IMG/VR virus record: IMGVR_UViG_3300046820_000297
Coordinates: 7,834 to 71,833 of that record
From: a virus
Reading direction: 5' to 3' (one strand)
DNA: 64,000 nt
Shown here: positions 10,701 to 21,500 of the stretch, in pieces
Layout of the letters: each line of letters begins with the position of its first letter
Position numbering within the stretch: the first letter of the stretch is position 1
Made by a program: the position numbers and the translations under genes
The notes under the pieces: model-generated
Told to the model about the DNA's origin: nothing
The model's input: only the letters and a program-made list of their open reading frames with translations
The model's database searches: none

Positions 10701-13700
10701 TCAAAAGATTCTAGAATTCATTGATGCTACAGATGATAGCTTCTTTGATCTTACTGGTAAGCGTTTGTTTAAACCAGCTATTGAAGATATCGGTGAGAAG
10801 TTATATAGAGAAGGTACAGACATATTTGAAAATACAGAGTCAGGTACATTTGTTACTCAGGTTGTATCAGAAAGACAAGAGTCTGATAAAAGATCGTTTA
10901 CTGATATAGCGAAACAATTTGGATTTGATAGAAGTGCTCCTATAACAGAAGTCACTATCGGATCTATATTAACGTCTATCATAAATGGTCCCGGAACAGT
11001 ACAACAAAAAGAACTAGCACGACTATTAAAATCTTTGCTAGACGGAAACGAGAAGATATCCTTTGTAAGAAACCACTATACTAACTCTACATACGATCCT
11101 AAGAATGGTGTTATTGTAGATGCTCGTTATAGTTCTGAAGATTACAAAGTATTAGGAATGGATAAAGTATCAATTGAATACTCCATTCTTAGTGGATTGA
11201 TGCAGAAGCTTGTAGTTGATAAGAGTGCCGATAAAGAATTTACTGATAAGATAAAAGACATCCGTGAGTCTTTCATGAAGGAACTAAGCGACCAACAGAA
11301 GAATTCATACGCTTACGCATTAGCTAACAATACTACGTTCTTATCTGAGATGCTTACTAATCCAACCTTTGCTGCATTAGCTACTCAGTATGAGTATAAA
11401 GGTACTCAGGTAGAACTAACAGATAAAGCAAAGAATATATTCGGAGCGTTCTTCAAAACACTTACTGATTTCATCAAGAAGATCTTAAACATTAACAATG
11501 AAGAAAGATCTGTATACAAACAAGCACTTAATGTTCTAGCTAATAAGTTGACAGAAGGTCCTACTGAAGAAGCTGGTAAAAAAGAAGAAGGACCGGATAC
11601 ATCTGGTATCAAAGAGTTCTCTAGTTTAGATCCTAAGTTACAAGAAGAACTTAAGGAAGCATTTGAGAAGAAGAGAACTAAAGTTGCAGCAACAGATCCC
11701 GAGGTAGCAAAGAACATGGACTTTAACATGTGGTACCTAAATGATTTTGAAGCAACACGTATCGTATCTAATTATAATACTAAGAAGAAAGTAAAAGAGG
11801 AAGAGGAGAAAGGAAAAGCTACAGAAGGTAATACTGTTATTACTATGGCTAACATTCCTCAACTTGCAACTGCTTTAGGTTACACTGTTGCGGAGATTAA
11901 CTCTATGATTTTAGATGGTACTCCTACACAAGAGTTACTTGACATTATCAACAATAAAGTAGTATCTCCTAATGCAGCAGTACTTAGTGAAGAAGGTATG
12001 GAAGCCATCAACGCTGCTATAACAGATGCAAAAGATAAACTAACCGCAGCAAAATTAAGACTCACTGAAGATGCAAAGAATTATATAGATGATGATGGTA
12101 CAATTTATACACGTGTAACAAGTCTTGTAAAAGATCCATTTGAAGCTGATTCTCAGACGGCATCGTTTAGAGGAACTATTATAGATGATCTTACTAGAGA
12201 TTTCTTAGCTGGTCGTATTCAAAACATTGAAGAATTCAAAGATGCATATAAAATCTCTAGAGATAAGATATCTTCAAAAGAAGGATTCAGTGATAAGGAT
12301 GCAGCAGAGTTACCAATCTTTACAGCAAACTTCTTAAATGAACTATTTGACAATCTTAGAAATGTAAAGCGTGCTCTAGATAGAAATGGTATCAAGGTCA
12401 TTTCTGATATCCCAACACTCTATGGAAAGTTAGATGGTAAAGATGCTGCAGGATCTATTGACTTACTAGGATATAATAGTAAGGGTGAAGTATTCATTAT
12501 TGACTTAAAGACAGCATCAGGAGACAGAAATGTTCAGTATGCTTTAGAAGAAGCAATGCAAGATGCATTAGGTGAAGACTATGCTGAATTCAAATCAACT
12601 CTTAAGAAAAATAAAAATTATTTAGAAGCTACTCGCAGCATGCTTCCTTTAGAAATGCAAAACAAAATGACTATTGCATTTACTAAGTTTGGAAACAAAT
12701 ATCCCGAGCTAAAAGAAGAGATGCAGAAAGGTAGACTCTTTTTATATAAAGAAGGAGACCAAGCACAGTTAGCTGCATATCGCGAACTACTTAGACAATC
12801 TACAGGTATTGTTGCTGATAAGTTATACATCTTCCCGATGGTAGCATCTACTGAAAAAGGTTCGTCTATTAAGTTTGTTAGAAACACAATGGTGAAAGCA
12901 CCAGGTAGAACTGGTTATGTCATTGATCTAACTACTAACGATACTACATATAAGATATCTGATCTAAGACAAACAGTATTTGAATATCCTGAGAATCCTA
13001 TTCAGAAACCAGGTGCGCCAGTTACTGAAGAACCAGAAGTAATTGAAGTTAGTTTAAAACCTATTGAAGTTACTACTGAAGAACCTATTACTCAAACTGG
13101 TACAGATGCTAAAGTTGATGTAAAAAAAGATAGATACTACAACAGTCCTGTAAACAGGATGGTTAAAGTACAAAAGGATTCTGAAAATACACCAATAACA
13201 AAAGAAGAAGAAGAAGAAATAGAAGCTGTTATAGAAAAAGCTAAAGAACTTGGATGGGACAAAAATAGATTATTTAGACAACTTAGTTCAATGGGGTACG
13301 CTTATGCTTTTGGAGTTCAGCCTGAAGGATATAGAAATTATCTTGAAGATAGACTTTCTGGTAAGACAAATATAAAAGTAACATCTGAGTTTAACTTTTT
13401 TGAACAACTTGATAAAGAACTAGCAGCTTTAGAAGGTGCTCAAACTAATGAACAGACTGAAGAAGAAACTCCCAAACAAGTAACCAAAGTAGCTATAATA
13501 AACAATAGTGATATTTGGTCATACACTGATGGTACATATACTGTATTACATCGTGAAGACGGTGTGATTGGAGAATACATTAGTGATTTAGCATCTGCTA
13601 AAAAGATTGCTAGAGAGTACAAAGAAGAAAGCGATTACGATGCTACCAAGAAGAGAGCAAAAGCAATGGTCATTGGTAAGAGAGTAGTCGAAGCAATGTG

Positions 13701-15582
13701 GGATCCTGAGAAGATGATGTGGAGATATTTTAATAAGAACACTAAAGAAGAATACAGCTTTAAGAACTCATTAAAATTTGGAAAGCGTTTGTTCAGAGAT
13801 AACAGAGGTTGGTTTAGAACTTGGTGGAATCAAATCTTAGATGATACACAAAGATCTGAATTTGCTAATCTATACGGTAAGGTTAGAGACTTTATCTATC
13901 AAAATGAAGATGGTGGAGTAGATCCAATGACCTTAGAGTATGTTATGATGGTAAACTTACAAGGTGTTAAGTTTAGAAAATCTAAGGAGCTTACTTGGGC
14001 GACAGATGTTAGTGAGAAAGTATGGTTCTCTGATTCAGGAAGAAACTGGGATCAGTTTGTAATGGCGTTAAAGAATAGTGAAGATCTTACACAGTCTGGA
14101 ATCATTAATGAAACTACTGAAGAGTCAGAACTTCGTGATATGATTATCGACATCATGATGCGTAATCCTAATGGAGTTACTAAGAAAGCAGTAGAAGCAT
14201 TAGCTAAAGAGATTAGTTCTGAAGGAAGAATTCAAACTGAAAAAGACGACTTCTTTGACAAGACCGGTATTGACTTTGATGATTTTGAAGAGATATACGA
14301 ATCTTTGGGAGCTACTAAAGATATTATTTACATCGATCCTTATACTGGTGATAAAACTGAAGTAGAAGATAAGTTCGGTAGCAAAAGAAGTATGCCTGTT
14401 AAGTATGACTTACTAGCTAATCAGTACAGAGGAAAGGTTATATACATAACAACCGATTCATCTATCCAAGAAGATTTAGAAAAACTTGGAAGCTACGTTG
14501 AAAGCGGTAACTACTTTATAAACTTAGTAGTTGATAAATATAAGAAGCAACTTGAGGATCTTGCAAAAACATTAATAGATCAAGCTCGTAATTCAGATGA
14601 AGATAAAATAGCAAATGGTTTAGTTAAAGCTCTAAAAAATACAGAAGACGATAGTAAATATATAATGTATTGGTTAAGTGCTGCTGCTAAAGGTAATGAG
14701 AAAGCTAAGTCATTAATGGATACTATATACTTAGAAGCATTAACAGATGCTAGAAAGTATGTAGGGACTGACGCAAGAACTGTAGTATTTGATAACGCTA
14801 ATGCATTGTCATATTACCAAATGTTTGATACAATTATCGTAAATGAATTATCTGACATAAAGAGAGATGCTAAAACAGATAGTATTGATAAAGCTGAACA
14901 AGCTGTTCCGAAAGATAAGAAGGTACGATTAGCTGCAACAGATGGGCTTGATATTCTAAAAGGTGTTACTCAAAGAAGCTTTGTAATGAATATTAAAAAG
15001 CGTATTGGTGATATTACTACTAAACGAGATCATTTACTAATGCGTATGGAGTTAAATAATGCAACAACATTAGGTACTCTTGATATAGCGCTTAGAGAAG
15101 AAGGTCTTACTTTAGAAGAAGTTCAAAGTTTACTAGCACAAAAAGCACAAGAAGTTGTTAATCAGTTGAGTATCAAAGATATAAAGTTTGGTGGTAAGAC
15201 ACCTACATTATATGAGTACAATGATAATGGTACAACTCTAATATTAATGGCTCGTTCAAAATTAGCTAATGGAGTAGCATTTGATGATGTAACTGACATT
15301 TACAATAACATGGAAAATGCTACTGAGTTAGATTTGAAAAAGACCACGAAATTTCGTAATTTAGCAGAAGAGGAAATAAACTTAAATCTTCGTCCAATGG
15401 ATATCGAAAAAACAGCTACAACACCATCAGCATCTACACAAACTAAGTCAGATTCTGCACAAACAAAAATTAAAAATGATGCTGCAGATAGAGTTGCTGC
15501 CTTGAGAGCTAAGAAAGATACCATGGATGAACAATCTACGGACGATAGTTTAGATGATTTATTCAACTGTCCCATTAAATAA
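7753..15582 (+). CDS. Giant virion cargo protein (2609 aa) with an internal PD-(D/E)xK nuclease-like domain
   Basis: GSIDLLGYNSKGEVFIIDLKT...QLAAY motif at ~12450-12780 and a degenerate zincin-like segment at ~11090-11490. Its position before the vRNAP matches crAss-like gene order. Confidence 0.7.
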   Translation: MENSINITPTPSGKPATADLYKYSVGNAIEGVDPLPTPRTSEEAKKKALADIDKAFLNASRPDAFKFDKPTTFNAGSKGYNFDRYYTHPKFKQLGFTPLRDNESFYNQHSSTWDDLGRAVKQMPALVGLGASSTFGNWSNFLSMKPDTENAEEMERRMSIASSSRDTFGGKAVNFLSNVPYTLGVIGEIYAEEAALMLASRIPGMQGLAAAKTGQNILRGGLAFERLFNTFRAGNKIDNAKQAWDASKTLGNFAKNWLPFQNTADLFRDSGRAAANMDKLTDLAAGYKTFGAFYRDLREINLVTAEAKLEGGFVQNDVANTLIGDFRKKNGRDPNDMESEAIYAQARKAGYTAGFLNTGGIYISNKVVLERALKGLPFIDEVEHLAGKGIKNGKLVKNLDWKTSGKNPWEVISGVGSGVKALGNKYYRQQLVKNAPKNGMRFLSANVMEGIQEMYQEGTAKGVSDYYTQTYLNPSKVGKAQVLSSLQTGVKSQLSGEGLEVFLSGFLMAGPIQAVQSSVHGVYNMGQLARLKMQDKAFKADPANAGKTSPYEKYLKDQKTYNEKVVSALNFLTKDTKSYFSTVDANVKAQKDFADLFESAVLEGDVKGAVDANDDALANHIFTLIESGHLDLFTEHLEGLKQLDEKELADALYENPGNKTFDKKTTSERIDAVIGRINQIKDTHNKYQSLSNPFDFRQDPIGYFSFESARKLAIFNDFSYQRTGERMTSILEKLKTNTALSNVDYMDIATMFSINPKLMGNNLGIGGATNMLALLKQEIDNLKAGTDEQKDEAVKLQNKYDKLKSLSTLIQDYAANLDTLESAPAEQQEELANSVEESEKLLGQAFNDYIKLLAKNNGTTILDKDINDAFSDFRDYWRLGRDKTQFAEAVNALNNPGYFSEVARRINGALEVASQVSAQRAKEEVDEYRRRYATNDFLNGLLSQFNVYVHEDEAEAYLANNIVPEKFVDADTGQVISPSDSRYQKILEFIDATDDSFFDLTGKRLFKPAIEDIGEKLYREGTDIFENTESGTFVTQVVSERQESDKRSFTDIAKQFGFDRSAPITEVTIGSILTSIINGPGTVQQKELARLLKSLLDGNEKISFVRNHYTNSTYDPKNGVIVDARYSSEDYKVLGMDKVSIEYSILSGLMQKLVVDKSADKEFTDKIKDIRESFMKELSDQQKNSYAYALANNTTFLSEMLTNPTFAALATQYEYKGTQVELTDKAKNIFGAFFKTLTDFIKKILNINNEERSVYKQALNVLANKLTEGPTEEAGKKEEGPDTSGIKEFSSLDPKLQEELKEAFEKKRTKVAATDPEVAKNMDFNMWYLNDFEATRIVSNYNTKKKVKEEEEKGKATEGNTVITMANIPQLATALGYTVAEINSMILDGTPTQELLDIINNKVVSPNAAVLSEEGMEAINAAITDAKDKLTAAKLRLTEDAKNYIDDDGTIYTRVTSLVKDPFEADSQTASFRGTIIDDLTRDFLAGRIQNIEEFKDAYKISRDKISSKEGFSDKDAAELPIFTANFLNELFDNLRNVKRALDRNGIKVISDIPTLYGKLDGKDAAGSIDLLGYNSKGEVFIIDLKTASGDRNVQYALEEAMQDALGEDYAEFKSTLKKNKNYLEATRSMLPLEMQNKMTIAFTKFGNKYPELKEEMQKGRLFLYKEGDQAQLAAYRELLRQSTGIVADKLYIFPMVASTEKGSSIKFVRNTMVKAPGRTGYVIDLTTNDTTYKISDLRQTVFEYPENPIQKPGAPVTEEPEVIEVSLKPIEVTTEEPITQTGTDAKVDVKKDRYYNSPVNRMVKVQKDSENTPITKEEEEEIEAVIEKAKELGWDKNRLFRQLSSMGYAYAFGVQPEGYRNYLEDRLSGKTNIKVTSEFNFFEQLDKELAALEGAQTNEQTEEETPKQVTKVAIINNSDIWSYTDGTYTVLHREDGVIGEYISDLASAKKIAREYKEESDYDATKKRAKAMVIGKRVVEAMWDPEKMMWRYFNKNTKEEYSFKNSLKFGKRLFRDNRGWFRTWWNQILDDTQRSEFANLYGKVRDFIYQNEDGGVDPMTLEYVMMVNLQGVKFRKSKELTWATDVSEKVWFSDSGRNWDQFVMALKNSEDLTQSGIINETTEESELRDMIIDIMMRNPNGVTKKAVEALAKEISSEGRIQTEKDDFFDKTGIDFDDFEEIYESLGATKDIIYIDPYTGDKTEVEDKFGSKRSMPVKYDLLANQYRGKVIYITTDSSIQEDLEKLGSYVESGNYFINLVVDKYKKQLEDLAKTLIDQARNSDEDKIANGLVKALKNTEDDSKYIMYWLSAAAKGNEKAKSLMDTIYLEALTDARKYVGTDARTVVFDNANALSYYQMFDTIIVNELSDIKRDAKTDSIDKAEQAVPKDKKVRLAATDGLDILKGVTQRSFVMNIKKRIGDITTKRDHLLMRMELNNATTLGTLDIALREEGLTLEEVQSLLAQKAQEVVNQLSIKDIKFGGKTPTLYEYNDNGTTLILMARSKLANGVAFDDVTDIYNNMENATELDLKKTTKFRNLAEEEINLNLRPMDIEKTATTPSASTQTKSDSAQTKIKNDAADRVAALRAKKDTMDEQSTDDSLDDLFNCPIK

Positions 15583-15592
15583 TTAATAAGAG

Positions 15593-18500
15593 ATGATCTG
15601 CGATTCTTCAAGTAACTGGTCACTAGAGAAAAGTGATATTGATAAATTAGAAACTGCTATTTACAAACTCCTTTCTGACAAAGCTAACGCTCCTGAGAGC
15701 GACTTTGTCATGTCTAAATTTCTAGGATACCTATACAATAGAGCATTACAAGGATACGGAGATAACGATAAAGCATTGACTTTACTACGTGCTGTACCTG
15801 AGACTATGAAAATAGTTATTACAGCATTTGATGAGTTGAGTGATAAACTTATGTCTAAGAAAGTACCATTAGACATGAACACGTTGTTCAAACTATCTAA
15901 TAGTTTTAATGCCGATATCAATAACGTCAAAGAGTATGTAAATAAGAACTTAGCAAAAGCTACTATAGTTACATCTCAATCAGCAAACGAAGACGCAAAG
16001 AAAGCACAGACTCCTCCTCAATCTGATGGAACAGTACTTGGTGAATTCCAAGCATTACCGTCAAATCCATTCACGTCTACAGGAAATGAAACTGAAGAAA
16101 TGACATGGTATTATGACTTTCTAAAGACATTAGATAAGAGAATGATGGATCTAGGTGGTCCTGATAAAGATGGTGGTGTAGATTTTAATGGCAGAAAAGT
16201 ATACGTATCAATGGTATTAGGAAGTAATATTCCTGAGAACCAGTTGTATGAAAGCACTAGACAAGATGCTAACTTGATGAAAGCTAGCGGTAGTACAATG
16301 TATATCATGTTTACAGATGCGTCAGGTAATCCTTCATACTTCTCAGATACATACGGAAATGCTACAAGCGAAGATGGTAAACTTATCTATTTTCCACAAA
16401 GAGCTATTCCTACAAGTACAAAAGATAAACAAGGTAATCTAGTATTTGATCTTGAGAGTATTGGTGGAAGAACTTTACAATCAGTTGGTTACGCTGCTAG
16501 AGTAGAACGTAGTACTAATGAAGCCATAGCGTATAGATATAATAATGCTTTTGCTAAATTAAAGCAATTACAAGATTATCTAAGAAGTAATCCTACGGCT
16601 TCTGTTAGATTAGACATCGATAATATCAGCAGAGGTTTCATGAACTTACAAAGTCCTGAGACAACACGTGTTGTAGATGTAAAAAACATTACAGCATTTA
16701 CTCCAGTGATTTCTGGAAATAAGAAATTAATAAATGTACCCGGGGTGTTACAACCTATCGAGTTCTTTATGGCGCCTTACTCTGAAGAGATGGCAAGTAA
16801 AGTTGCTGACTTACTATTGAATGAGGTTATCTATAATAATAAAGTAATGACTCCTAAGAATAAGTTTAATCTTATTGCGGACTTTACTCAATTCGGTACA
16901 ACATCAGATAGCTTTAGATACGATACAGAAACCGGAACAATATTCTTAGGAACAGAAGCTTTAGATACTACAGATAAGAATACAGCAAAACAAAGAATTG
17001 TAGAATTCTTAACTAGAGAATTTGAAAACAAGAACGTAAAGAACGCTAAAGGAGAGTTTGTAAAGCAGAAGAATCAGTTCTTCTATAACAATAAAAAAGC
17101 TACTGGTAACTTTATTGACTTCACATTAGCTGCAAATACATCAGGAGCATTTGACATGTCTATCTCAACAAGACCTTACTTAGATTGGGTTAAAGAGAAT
17201 GCTATGGTAAGTGTTGAATTGAAGAGCGGTGAGATCCGTCAAGTAAATGGATACGTTGAGTTTAATATGGGTGTGGATGCTATGAGAATTCTAGCAACAC
17301 AACCATTTAATGAGATTGTTAAAACCACCGGTGAAGAAGGATATAGTAAATTAAATCCTACTAAAACTATTACAGGTAATGTAAAGAAAGTTGGTTGGAA
17401 AGCTGTGCTATCTAAAGCAACAGAAGTTTATCCTACTACAAAGGATGGAGACTTTCAAGTTGTTTCTACAAGAATACCAGGAACAAATCAACACTTCGGT
17501 AATCCTTTCTCATCTACTGAGTCTGTTATAAAGAAGAACAAAGATCTTATTAAAGTAGATGATACAGTAGCAGCTGTAAAATCATATATAGATTGGGTTA
17601 CTAATACAAACTTTGACTACAGTAATTCAGGAAAGACAGAAGCAGAAGTAGAATTATTAAAAGAGAGAGCACACTGGATTAGAAAAGAATTAATGTCTGG
17701 TAGACTCAAAGGTAAAGATATCCTTTACTATATAGAATTAAAAGAACCTGCTCACTCTAATGCATTAGATTACTTAATCAATGACTTTAATTGGGGTGCT
17801 TTTGAATTTGAACAAACTAAGAAAGCTCAAAAGAAAGCAGCGCCTGAGAATATAGTACCATCTAACTTACCTACTAACAGTGATGTTGTTGCTAATAAGT
17901 CTAAAGACTTTGACTTCGGTGCTTACAAAAGACGCGGTCAAGGAGAGATTGATGCAACACCATCTCAGATTATAAAAGCTGCAGCATGGTACGATAATCT
18001 TAAAATAAAATTTAAGGACGCTAGTGGTAATATCATAGAGAAGAACATGAAGGATGTAATTCCTTATCATGTTATGTTTAGAATTGCAAATAGCAATGGT
18101 GATGTAAGAGCTCGTTGGACTCGTTCTGGTATTAATCTATATGAAGGATCTGACTATTCAGATCTTTACCATGAAGCATGGCACGGATTTACACAGTGGT
18201 TCCTTACAACAGATGAGAAACTAAAACTTTATGACTCTGTAAAGAACTCCGGAGAAAGAATTAAGTATTATGATGATACTACTAACTCTTGGAAGTCTAT
18301 GTCAGCATCTGATTTAGATTTCTCTATAAAGAATCATAAGCTATATGCAGAAGAATTCTTAGCAGAGAAGTTTAGAGAGTTTGCTTTGAATAACGGTAAG
18401 TTCCCAAAAGAACAACCTGTTGCAGTAAAGAGTATCTTCAGAAGAATCTGGGACGCATTGAAAGCTCTATTTGGATTTGCATCTAAAGAGAGTATGCTTA

Positions 18501-21500
18501 CTCCTATATCTGAGAGTAATATTGCTGAAGTATTTGAGAAACTATATGTAGGAGATTTATCTGACTACACCATGGATTCAGCAAACATTGACTTTGATGT
18601 TCTTAATAGTGGTATCACAGCAACTTCAGATCAGTATCAAGACCTAAATATCACAGACTCTATTCTATTAGCGGATTCACTAAATAGTATTATATCTGAA
18701 TTAGTAGACAGTAGTGGTACAGCAAAAGCTACAGCTGCATTGTTTAATAACACAGCGTATAAGAAAGCTTTGTTAGAAGATGCTAGAGAAGCATTACTTA
18801 ATAGATTGAAAGCTGTCATAAAAGAGTATGACGAGACTGAAGATAGTTTCTTAAAAGAACAGCTTGATAAGAACATGCAGTTATTAAACTACGCGTATAA
18901 TAACTTCGGTAATATTGAAAATCTATCAGGCGGATTAATTGACTACTTTAACAAACGCTACGGATTGTTTGATATGACTATGCAGTCTAAAGCAATTGAT
19001 AGAGAGTTTAATATAGGTAATCAAACCGACGCTGTAAATACACAAGACGGTGTATCCGATAGAGAAGGATTGATGGCTGGTTCTGGTGTAGAATACGGAA
19101 CTATTGAGAGAATGGATGATGGTGTAATGTTCTTGTTAAGTACATTATTTGAAAAAGAAAATGGTCAGTTTACATATAACAAATTAGGATTTAAGAAAAC
19201 AACACCTTTTAGAAGAGCTTATAGTGCAGTATCTACTGCTACAGAAAACGCATATACTCGTATCAAGATGATAGAGAATATGGATCTTGCTTCTAAGATG
19301 TTATTAGACAGTGGTAAAGTTGATGATAGATATACTGTTATTCAACAACTACTTGCTAAGTTAGGTCCTTTAGATAGTACTGATATTAGTAATCAATCTT
19401 TGTGGAATAGTTTCTTCCACAGCTTCCGTTTCGATAAGTTATCCGGTAACCAAGTTACTGTAGAGTATAACGAGAATGGTGGAGGAGTTAGCATCAAAGT
19501 TGGTAAATCAGATGGTGCTGATAAACTAACTGGTAGAAATCTAGAGACTGGATTTGAAGTAAATAAAACTAAATCCACCTTCTTAAAAAAGAATAAGGAT
19601 GGTATATATACTCTTGATCTAGAAGGAGTACTTAGAAAGTATCCAACTTCTGTAATGGCATTGAATAAACCTATTGAATTCTTAAGAGACTTAGGTTTAG
19701 ATATTACAGAGAACTTAAAGATCAAGAGACAGTTGGCTGACAGAAATGTTGTGTCTAACATTTATAAGATTATAGTTTCATCTGGTGACAAGAATAGAAT
19801 TATCACAGGATTAAAAAACAAAGGTGCTGCTAGTTTATTTGATGATCAAGGTACCTTGTGGAATAGTCTTTTGCAAATACAATCTAGATACTCAGGTACT
19901 GTAAACGATTACATGATTAAGAATGCTAAAGGGGATTCTCAATCAGAGATGTCTAATCCAAGTACAGCGGGTAACTTACTTAATAGAATTAATGATGCGG
20001 TTGATAGTATAGACGGCAAGCACGCTGCATTTGATCGTATGATTAATTCTCCTGAGATGTCTCACTACAATCCTGAAAGAAATCCATTTGTTAAGTCATC
20101 TGTGATTTTTAAGAGAATGTTTGGTCCAGACTTATCTAAGCGTCAAGTAAGAAATGGTATTCCTTTTATGCTAGAGTATAGATCTCAATTAGGTACTCAG
20201 GTTCTTGAAAAAGAAATCGATCAACTTGTTGAGTCTACAACTCTTTTGTCTGGATTGAAGTCATCTGACTCAGATTTTCAAACTGCATTCTTACGTGACT
20301 TCTTTACAATTAACTTGCAAGGATTTGCGGAGGCATACAAACACGCTGATAAAACACAAGCATTTATTGTAGCTCTTACAAATAACGGTAACCCATCGTT
20401 CTATGTACATCCTAAAGAGTTTGCAAACGTTAATGGTTCAATCCTAGCTAATGATATTATCATTGATTATATCGGATCCGAGTTAGAGAGAATTAAGAAA
20501 GTAATAAACTTTAGCGGAACTGGTACCAGACCTGAAGATATTATTCTATGGTATGATAAGAAAGGTAACCCTGTAACATATAAAAACACAGGTAGCACCT
20601 TTACAATCTTTGATGATATACTCTTAGAGGATACTAAGAACATGTTGATTGGTGAAGAGTCTATAACAGACTTAGAGTCTTTTAAGAACTTCTTAGCATC
20701 TAATGCTATGGTGAAAGATCAGATCCTTCAGCAGTTAAATGACTACTTCGCAGATCAAGTTACAAAGCATAAAGAAATTCTATCAGCGTTTCCTGTGTTA
20801 CAAAGACCGAGTGTTTATTCATCCTTTTTAAGCAACGTAGCTCAGAACTTAAAAAACCAACCTTCATCAGTAGTATTCGAAACAGCAGTCAAGTCAATGG
20901 TGTATAACAGTTTCATTCACAAGTTTGAAATGAATACACTTGTATATGGTGATGCTGCTCAGAATAATCACGATAAGGAAGAACACATGAAGCGTATTCC
21001 TGGATTCTTTGCATCAGGTAGAATACCTGTAGCAGATGTATTCATGGATAGAATGTTTGCTCAAAAAGGTGGACGTTATCATTTGTCACCTTGGTTTACA
21101 AACTCAGGACTAGAAGCACCTAAAGATCCTTTATCAAGTCAAACTTCTATTCTTAAGACAGCTGTGTTCAAAGATGTGTTTACAGATTCTGTATACTATG
21201 AAGAAATGATGAATGTCTTAGATGAATATAATAAGACAGCTGCTGTACCTATTCCAAAAGAAGCATATGATGCGTATAAGAACATGAAGGTAGCGGATGC
21301 GCAAGCATGGATGACCTTTGATGCATATAGAGCTTTGGAAATCAGATTAGATAACTGGAGTCCTCAGAAAGAAGAGTTGTATAATAAAATCATAAATGGA
21401 GAGAACGTAGATATTGCAGAGACACTGCAGTTCTTCCCAGTTAAAAAATTACAATACTCAGGTCCATTACAAATTTCAAACTTTACAGCAAATGCTTTCC

